DNA from: Pseudomonas aeruginosa | GTDB lineage: Bacteria; Pseudomonadota; Gammaproteobacteria; Pseudomonadales; Pseudomonadaceae | Direction of reading: 5' to 3' | Assembly: GCF_001457615.1 (NCBI RefSeq) | Contig: NZ_LN831024.1 | Location: 2,760,001-2,792,000, forward strand | DNA: 32,000 bases | Shown here: positions 25,949-32,000 of the stretch, piece after piece | Numbering within the stretch: position 1 is the stretch's first letter | Layout: the number at the start of each line of letters is the position of its first letter | Notes under the pieces: generated by a model | Database searches by the model: none | What the model saw: only the letters and a program-made list of their open reading frames with translations | What the model was told of the DNA's origin: nothing | Program-made: the position numbers and the translations under genes

Positions 25949-27367
25949 TCAGAGCAACCTGATCGGGTAGTCGACCACCACCCGGTATTCGTCGGAGCTG
26001 GAGTTGCCGCGGGTGTTGCCGGGGGCGGTGTAGCCTTCGCCGGGGCGGTGGGTGGCCCAGCGCAGGGTCACGCTGAGGCCCTTGGCCGGGCCGGCGGGGA
26101 AGGCGTAGCGCAGCGACAGGTCGCGTTCCCAGTGCTGGGCGTTCTTGCCATTGGGGTTGTAGAGGTAGCCGTAGCCCGCGCTGTCCGGGTCGACCCGGGT
26201 CAGGTCGGCCTGGCCACGGCCGTAGGCGGCGCCGAACTGCCAGTCCGGGGCGGCGAGGAAGGCCAGGCTGGCCTGGTACTGGATCTTCCACGAGCGCTCG
26301 CCGGGGCCGTTGAAGTCGGCGTACTGCATGGCGTTGCTTTCGTAGAGGAAGGTCCGGTCGTTCTGCGCGATGAAGTCGAACGGGGTGTCGCCATCGACCT
26401 TTTGCAGGCTGAGGCTCAGCGACTGGCCGCCGCCGGCCAGGGTCAGGCCGGCGTTGTAGAGGTCGTTGTCGATCCGGCCGAGCTGGCTGCGGCCCTGGTT
26501 GCGGGTCTTGTAGTAATGCAGCCAGGGCGTCAGGGTCAATTGGCTGGAAAGCCGCCACGGCTGGCTGAGGCCGAGGTAGTGCTGGTTCCAGATATCCTCC
26601 AGGCGGCCGCTGTAGAGCGTCGCCTGGCTGCCGCCGGGGGCGCTGTAGCTGGCGCCCAGCCAGGCGATGTGCGGGCTTTCGCGATCGGCGGCGATACCGC
26701 CCTTGGTGCCGTTGCCGTAGCCGCTGGTGAGATGACTGTGGCCGCTCTGGTTGCGCAGGCGGGTGGCTTCGACGAAGCCGGCGTCCAGTTCGAGCGCGTG
26801 GAAATGGTAGTTCTTCAGGGTCACGCCACGGTAGCTCTGCGGCACCATGCGACTGACGCCGCTGGCGATCACCGGGTTCTCCAGCAACTGGTCGCCGATC
26901 TTCAGCAGGCTGTCCAGGCCGCGCAGCTTGAGGGCCGCGCCGGCCGCCGAGAAGCTGTCGGCGGGGCGACCGGCGGAGTCCAGCGGCAGCACGCCGGCAC
27001 CGCCGCTGCCGCCACCGCCGTCCAGGCGCAGGCCGTAGAAGGCGTGCGCATCCAGGCCGATGCCTATCGGCGTTTCGGTATAGCCGGAGCGGAACGACAG
27101 CATCAGGCCCTGGGCCCATTCGCGCTGGTCGCGGCGGGACGGGGTGTCGTGGTTGTCGCGGGCGAAATAGTAGTTGCGGAGGAAACCGTTCAGCGTCGAG
27201 CCTTCGACGAAGCCCGGCGGCACCTTCATTTCGGCTTTCTGCCGCTGGTTCAGGCCGGTGCTGATGTTGTCGCGATGGCCCAGGGAGTCGTCGGCGAGGG
27301 TCGAGCCCGGACCTATGGCAAGGGCAAGGCAGAGCGTAGCCCCGCGCTTCATGGAGGAATCAGGCAT
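25949..27367 (-). CDS. OprD-family outer membrane porin
   Basis: MPDSSMKRGATLCLALAIGPGSTLADDSLGHRD...STLNGFLRNYYFARDN...REWAQGLMLSFRSGYTETPIGIGLDAHAFYGLRLDGG...LRWATHRPGEG... typical OprD features. The ATG at 27367 precedes the signal peptide; the ORF up to 27445 crosses a terminator hairpin. Confidence 0.88.
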   Translation of the reverse strand: MPDSSMKRGATLCLALAIGPGSTLADDSLGHRDNISTGLNQRQKAEMKVPPGFVEGSTLNGFLRNYYFARDNHDTPSRRDQREWAQGLMLSFRSGYTETPIGIGLDAHAFYGLRLDGGGGSGGAGVLPLDSAGRPADSFSAAGAALKLRGLDSLLKIGDQLLENPVIASGVSRMVPQSYRGVTLKNYHFHALELDAGFVEATRLRNQSGHSHLTSGYGNGTKGGIAADRESPHIAWLGASYSAPGGSQATLYSGRLEDIWNQHYLGLSQPWRLSSQLTLTPWLHYYKTRNQGRSQLGRIDNDLYNAGLTLAGGGQSLSLSLQKVDGDTPFDFIAQNDRTFLYESNAMQYADFNGPGERSWKIQYQASLAFLAAPDWQFGAAYGRGQADLTRVDPDSAGYGYLYNPNGKNAQHWERDLSLRYAFPAGPAKGLSVTLRWATHRPGEGYTAPGNTRGNSSSDEYRVVVDYPIRLL

Positions 27368-27412
27368 GGGTCCGGTCCGTAGTCGTTGCTGTCCACCAGG
27401 CTCCTGCTCGGC

Positions 27413-27437
27413 AAAAGAAGGGGCGTGCAGCCCCTTC
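27413..27437 (-). terminator. Intrinsic terminator downstream of the isochorismatase-family gene
   Basis: 8-bp perfect stem GAAGGGGC / GCCCCTTC with a 5-nt loop, followed by TTTT on the - strand, ~12 nt after the stop at 27449. Confidence 0.65.
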
Positions 27438-27448
27438 CTTCCCATGGA

Positions 27449-28135
27449 TCACTTGCGCTGCGAATCCAGTTGCTCGTGGTTGTTGACCACGGCCTGGGCC
27501 TTGGCGTAGCTCTCGATCAGCAGTTGGTAGTGCGGGAATACCGCGCTGTAGGCTTCGGCGAACTGCACGGCGTCGTCGCGGTTCCAGGTGCGCTGGATTT
27601 CCGAGCAGACCGCGGCGGTGTCCATCGGCACCACGCCGGCCTGGACCACCCGTGCCAGGGTGATTTCCTGGGCCATCTTGGAGTAGGTGCCGGAGGCGTC
27701 GATCACCGCGAACACCTGATAGCCGTCGTGTACCGCGGCGATGCTGGGGAAGGCCATGCACACGCTGGTGATGGTGCCGGCGATGATCAGTTGCTTCTTG
27801 CCGGTGGCCTTCACCGCGGCGACGAATTCCGGGTTGTCCCAGGCATTGATCTCACCCTTGCGCGCGACGTACTGGGCGTGCGGCGCGGCCTCGTGGATCT
27901 CCGGGATCAGCGGGCCGTTGGGGCCCTGCGGTACCGAGGCGGTGGTGATCACCGGGATCTTCGCCAGGGTGGCGACCTTGGCCAGGGTGGTGGCGTTGGC
28001 GCGCAGTTCGGTCATCGGCATGTCCTTGACCGTCTGGAACAGGCCGCTCTGGTGGTCGATCAGCAACATGGCGGCGTTGGCCGGATCGATCTTCGGGGTC
28101 TGGCCGTTGAAGTTGGCGGGAGCGCTCATTTCCAT
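27449..28135 (-). CDS. Isochorismatase/cysteine-hydrolase family protein (228 aa)
   Basis: [21 protein letters not shown]...[27 protein letters not shown]...[45 protein letters not shown] fits the isochorismatase fold (D, K, C positions). Confidence 0.88.
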   Translation of the reverse strand: MEMSAPANFNGQTPKIDPANAAMLLIDHQSGLFQTVKDMPMTELRANATTLAKVATLAKIPVITTASVPQGPNGPLIPEIHEAAPHAQYVARKGEINAWDNPEFVAAVKATGKKQLIIAGTITSVCMAFPSIAAVHDGYQVFAVIDASGTYSKMAQEITLARVVQAGVVPMDTAAVCSEIQRTWNRDDAVQFAEAYSAVFPHYQLLIESYAKAQAVVNNHEQLDSQRK

Positions 28136-28226
28136 TTCCTCTTGCAGGGTGGTCGTCCGTGAATTTCGGGCAAAGCCCGGCCGGGCCCGCGCTTCCTGCG
28201 CGGGCCATGTCGTAGGGGGGCGGACT

Positions 28227-29087
28227 TCAGTGGGCGCGGATGAAGCGCCCGTTCTCGAAGTCCTCGATGGCCTGGTCGATTTCCTCGCGGCTGCTCATCA
28301 CGAAGGGGCCGTAGCCGATGATCGGCTCGTCCAGCGGCTCGCCGCTGAGTACCAGCAACTGCACGTCGTTGTTGGCTTCCAGTTCCAGCCGCGGGTCGTC
28401 GCGGTCGAGCAGGGCGACCTGGGCTTCGCGAACGATCTCGTCGCCGACCGCGAGGGTGCCGCGCAGGACCACCACGGCGCAGGTATGTCCCTTGGGCAGG
28501 TCGAGGGCGAGGTGCTTGCCGGCCTTCAGCTGCACGTCCCAGACCGCCAGCGGCGAGTGGGTCAGCGCCGGCCCCTGGTGGCGGCCGTAGCGTCCGGCGA
28601 TCACCCGCAGTTCGCCGGCCCTGTCGGGCAGGCCGACGCGGGGAATGTCGGCATCCAGCAGGGTCTGGTAGCGCGGCGGGTTCATCTTGTCGCTGGAGGG
28701 CAGGTTGACCCATAGCTGGACCATTTCCAGCGTTCCACCTGTGCTACGGAAGCGTTCCGAGTGGTACTCCTCGTGGAGGATCCCGGAGGCCGCCGTCATC
28801 CACTGCACATCCCCCGGCCCTATGCGTCCGCCGGCGCCGGTGGAGTCGTGGTGCTCGACCTCGCCCTGGTAGACGATGGTCACCGTCTCGAAGCCGCGAT
28901 GAGGATGCTGGCCTACGCCGCGGCGCTGCTGTGCGGGGGGGAAATCAGCAGGCCCGGCGTAGTCCAGCAAGAGGAACGGGCTGATATGCTGGCCCAGTGT
29001 GTTGTAGGAAAAGAGCGAACGAACGGGGAATCCGTCGCCCACCCAGTGGCGGTTGGCGTTGCCGTAGATTCCCAGGACCTTTTTCAC
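28227..29087 (-). CDS. Pirin family protein (286 aa)
   Basis: [79 protein letters not shown] is the pirin cupin signature. Confidence 0.95.
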   Translation of the reverse strand: MKKVLGIYGNANRHWVGDGFPVRSLFSYNTLGQHISPFLLLDYAGPADFPPAQQRRGVGQHPHRGFETVTIVYQGEVEHHDSTGAGGRIGPGDVQWMTAASGILHEEYHSERFRSTGGTLEMVQLWVNLPSSDKMNPPRYQTLLDADIPRVGLPDRAGELRVIAGRYGRHQGPALTHSPLAVWDVQLKAGKHLALDLPKGHTCAVVVLRGTLAVGDEIVREAQVALLDRDDPRLELEANNDVQLLVLSGEPLDEPIIGYGPFVMSSREEIDQAIEDFENGRFIRAH

Positions 29088-29187
29088 GTCGGTGCTCCTC
29101 GATTGAGTCGATGGAGCGATACGCTAGTTCCCGGGAGTGGGAACCGGTAGTCCGCAAATCAAGTCTCAGAGTCTCGCAGGTGGAACG

Positions 29188-30126
29188 ATGAGTGGTGAGC
29201 TGGTGTTCGATCTGAACGCGCTTTTCATCTATGCCAAGGTGGTCGAGCACGGTGGCTTCGCCCCCGCCGGGCGGGTGCTGGGGATTCCCAAGTCGACCAT
29301 CAGCCGCAAGGTCGCGCAGCTCGAGGCGCGCCTGGGCGTACGCCTGGTGCAGCGCTCGACGCGGCAATTCCAGGTGACCGAGATCGGCCAGGCCTACTAC
29401 CGTCATTGCGTGGCGATGACGGTGGAAGCGGAGGCTGCCGAGGACGTCATCGAACAGAACCGCTCGGAGCCGTGCGGAATGGTCCGCCTGACCTGCTCGA
29501 CGCCGCTGCTGCACTTCGAACTGGCGCCGATGCTGGCGCGCTTCATGGCGCAGTATCCGAACGTCGAGCTGTACGTGAAGACCTTCAATCGCCGGGTCGA
29601 CGTGATCGCCGAAGGCTACGACATCTCGCTGTCGCTGCGTTTCCCGCCGCTGGAGGACAGCGACCTGGTGATGAAGGTGCTGGCACGCAGCCCGCAGGTG
29701 CTGGTGGCCAGCCCGGAGCTGCTGGCCCGCTACCGTCCGCCGGAGCTGCCGGCCGACCTGTCGGCGATGCCCTACGTCGGCTGGGAGCGTTCGCGCCTGG
29801 ACGGCAGCCTGCGGCTGGTCGGCGCGGATGGCAGCAGCGCGGCCCTCAACCTGCGCCCGCAACTGCTCAGCGACGACCTCGGCACCTTGCGCCAGGCGGT
29901 GCTGGAGGGCGTCGGGATCGGCGGCCTGCCGCTCTGCGTGGTCAGTCGCGACCTGGCCGAGCGCCGGCTGGTGCGGGTGCTGCCGGAGTGGACGCCGGTG
30001 GAAGGCATGGTGGTGGCAATGTTCCCCTCGCGGCGCGGGCTGTTGCCTTCGGTCCGCGCGCTGATCGACTTTCTCGCCGCAGGCTTCGCCGACGCCGCAC
30101 AGCGCCAGTACCCGGCGCCGGGCTGA
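29188..30126 (+). CDS. LysR-family transcriptional regulator
   Basis: MSGELVFDLNALFIYAKVVEHGGFAPAGRVLGIPKSTISRKVAQLEARLGVRLVQRSTRQFQVTEIGQAYY N-terminal wHTH. Start chosen at 29188; the ORF extends to 29137. Divergent from the pirin operon. Confidence 0.93.
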   Translation: MSGELVFDLNALFIYAKVVEHGGFAPAGRVLGIPKSTISRKVAQLEARLGVRLVQRSTRQFQVTEIGQAYYRHCVAMTVEAEAAEDVIEQNRSEPCGMVRLTCSTPLLHFELAPMLARFMAQYPNVELYVKTFNRRVDVIAEGYDISLSLRFPPLEDSDLVMKVLARSPQVLVASPELLARYRPPELPADLSAMPYVGWERSRLDGSLRLVGADGSSAALNLRPQLLSDDLGTLRQAVLEGVGIGGLPLCVVSRDLAERRLVRVLPEWTPVEGMVVAMFPSRRGLLPSVRALIDFLAAGFADAAQRQYPAPG

Positions 30127-30129
30127 GGC

Positions 30130-31773
30130 TCAGCGACCGGCGCCCGGGCCGTAGAGTCGGAGCAGTTGCAGGGTCACGCCGTTGGACCAGCCGAAGCCGT
30201 CCTGCAGCGGGTACTCGCCACCGCCGCCGCCGCCCTGGTTGCCGCTGATGTCGTATTTCTCCACCAGTTTTCCTTCGCGGTCGTAGACCTGCTGCACCTG
30301 GGCGAGGAATCGCCGGCCGATGTCTTCCGCCAGGGCGTCCCGGCCGTAGGCGCGCAGGCCCTGTACGGCGACCCACTGCAAGGGTGCCCAGCCGTTCGGC
30401 TCGTCCCATTGCTGGCCGCTGGCACGGGTGGTGGTGGCCAGTCCGCCCGGGCGCAGCAGTTGGGCGGCGACGCTGTCGGCGGTACGACCGGCGCGTTCGG
30501 TGGAGGCCAGCCCGGTGAATAGCGGGAAGAGGCTGGCGGCGTTGATCCGCTCGATGGGCCGCCGGCGTTGCCAGTCGTAGTCGGCGTAGTAGCCCGCCGG
30601 GTGCCAGAGGTGGTCTTCGATGGCCTGTCGTCGCTTCTCCGCGCGGGCGCCGTAGCCTTGCTCGCAGGCCTTCAGCGCGCTGCTGGCGCAGGCCTTGGCG
30701 ATGGTTCGTTCGAGATGGTAGAGCAGGGCGTTGAGGTCCACCGGGACGATGGCGGTGGTGCGGATGCTGGCCAGTTCGCGGCCGTCGTCCAGCCAGCGGG
30801 AGGAGAAGTCCCAGCCGCTTTCCGCGCCGGCCCGCAGGTCGCGATAGACCTCGCCCGCGGGGCGCTGCGGGGCGCGCGCGGCGGTCGCCCGGTCCTCCAG
30901 GAAGGACTCCTGGCGCGGTGTGTCACGGTTGTCCCAGTAGCGGTTCAGCAGGCTTCCGTCGGCCAGTTTCACCACGTGCAGGCGCGCCTCGTTGGGGCGC
31001 AGCCCGGCGGAGCCTTCCATCCAGTAGGCGTATTCCTTCTGTAGCTGCGGCAGGTAGCGCCGGTAGGCGGCGTCGCCTTCGCGTCTTGCCTGGAGGTCCA
31101 CCATGTAGGCGAAGAACGGCGGCTGCGAACGGCTCAGGTAGTAGCTGCGGTTACCGTTGGGAATGTGCCCGTAGGTATCGATCAGGTAGGCGAAGTTGTC
31201 GAGCATGTCGCGCACCCGCTGGTGCTGCCCGCTCTCCGCAAGGCCGAGCATGGTGAAGTAGGAGTCCCAGTAGTACACCTCGCGGAAGCGTCCGCCGGGG
31301 ACCACGTAGGGTTTCGGCAGCGGCAGCAGGCTGCTGTGGGCCGGCACCTGCTCGTAGTGGCGGGTCAACGCCGGCCACAGGTCGCTGATGTGGCTGGCGA
31401 GATCGGCGCCCGCTTCCGGCGGGGCGGTCTCGACGCTGCCGGACTCCTCGAAGTTGCGGCCGACGAAGGCGCGCAGGTCGAAGCCGGGCCGCTCCCTCTC
31501 GCGCAGGTAGTCGGCGCGGATCCGTGCAGGCTCGCGCAGCGGGAGCGCATCGACGAAGTGCTTCTGGTCGCTGAACAACCGGCTTTCCTGCACCGCCTGG
31601 AACAGCTCGGGATAGGCTTCGTCGGGGGCGATCGCGCGTTCGCCGCTGGCGTCCTGCCAACCCCAGGACGAGGACGCGGGCGGGGTAGGCGCCGGGCCCT
31701 GGCTGCAGGCCGCCAGCAGGAGCAGGACCCAGGCTGCGAGCATGGCGCGGGGCAGAGCGGTTCGATCAGGCAT
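30130..31773 (-). CDS. treA: Periplasmic trehalase, GH37 (probable lipoprotein signal)
   Basis: Trehalase signatures PGGRFREVYYWDSYFT and QWDEPNGWAP, plus C-terminal GGGGGEYPLQDGFGWSNGVTL. Lipoprotein-like signal MPDRTALPRAMLAAWVLLLLAACSQG starts at 31773. Confidence 0.93.
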   Translation of the reverse strand: MPDRTALPRAMLAAWVLLLLAACSQGPAPTPPASSSWGWQDASGERAIAPDEAYPELFQAVQESRLFSDQKHFVDALPLREPARIRADYLRERERPGFDLRAFVGRNFEESGSVETAPPEAGADLASHISDLWPALTRHYEQVPAHSSLLPLPKPYVVPGGRFREVYYWDSYFTMLGLAESGQHQRVRDMLDNFAYLIDTYGHIPNGNRSYYLSRSQPPFFAYMVDLQARREGDAAYRRYLPQLQKEYAYWMEGSAGLRPNEARLHVVKLADGSLLNRYWDNRDTPRQESFLEDRATAARAPQRPAGEVYRDLRAGAESGWDFSSRWLDDGRELASIRTTAIVPVDLNALLYHLERTIAKACASSALKACEQGYGARAEKRRQAIEDHLWHPAGYYADYDWQRRRPIERINAASLFPLFTGLASTERAGRTADSVAAQLLRPGGLATTTRASGQQWDEPNGWAPLQWVAVQGLRAYGRDALAEDIGRRFLAQVQQVYDREGKLVEKYDISGNQGGGGGGEYPLQDGFGWSNGVTLQLLRLYGPGAGR

Positions 31774-32000
31774 CGGCTGTCTCCTCTTCGGCAAACGCCG
31801 GGCGCGGATCGGTCGCCGGCGGGGTGCGCCTGGGGCGGCGCGGCAACCCGGCGGGAGGGCCGGGAAGGTCGCTACCCCTGTTTCGGTGAGTCGCGGCGCA
31901 CGAAGTTCCATCGGAAGGATCGCCAGCGTACCTATCGCTTCCGACAGGTCCTTGCGGATGAACTCCAGCGCTTCGCGCAGGTCCGTCGCAGAAGGGGCGC

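Noticed and set aside
25943-27382. 479-aa + strand ORF opposite the OprD-family gene
   Set aside because: Shadow ORF antisense to a convincing porin. It has no domain signature and low-complexity Val/Ala/Gly content.
27368-27445. N-terminal extension of the OprD-family porin (start at 27445)
   Set aside because: It crosses a terminator-like hairpin (27417-27437), and the signal peptide follows the ATG at 27367.
31774-31911. N-terminal extension of trehalase (start at 31911)
   Set aside because: The lipoprotein-type signal begins at MPDRTALPRAM (31773). The upstream residues are Arg/Pro rich and non-signal-like.

Overview
This window looks like a Pseudomonas aeruginosa pyoverdine-region locus carrying a complete type I-F (Ypest/csy) CRISPR-Cas system. 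From left to right:
- The 3' ~11 kb of a large NRPS gene matching PvdL: C-A-T, C-A-T-E, C-A-T, then stop. The 5' end lies outside the window.
- A hypothetical, possibly acyltransferase-like protein (-).
- A possible gene remnant, then a small stand-alone Bro-N (antirepressor-like) protein (-).
- CRISPR array 1 (+): 16 perfect repeats followed by at least 2 degenerate repeats.
- The cas operon (-): cas1, cas2/3 fusion, csy1, csy2, csy3, csy4.
- CRISPR array 2 (transcribed -): 16 perfect repeats plus one phased degenerate terminal repeat.
- A small Pseudomonas-type hypothetical protein that may be frameshifted, and a tandem palindromic intergenic repeat (~115 bp unit).
- A catabolic/transport-like cluster (SphA/MetA-like outer membrane protein, OprD-family porin, isochorismatase-family hydrolase, pirin) divergent from a LysR regulator.
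- A periplasmic/lipoprotein trehalase (GH37, treA).
The core CRISPR system is a known type. The less obvious signals are the conserved leader architecture shared by the two arrays (47-nt block with an IHF-like site, plus an AAAAAGAGGGTTT motif at nearly identical spacing), decayed repeats continuing in phase towards csy4, the Bro-N gene next to the array 1 leader, and the probable frameshifted small ORF next to the array 2 leader. I see no convincing evidence of a wholly new system. All names come from reading the sequence; no database search was run.
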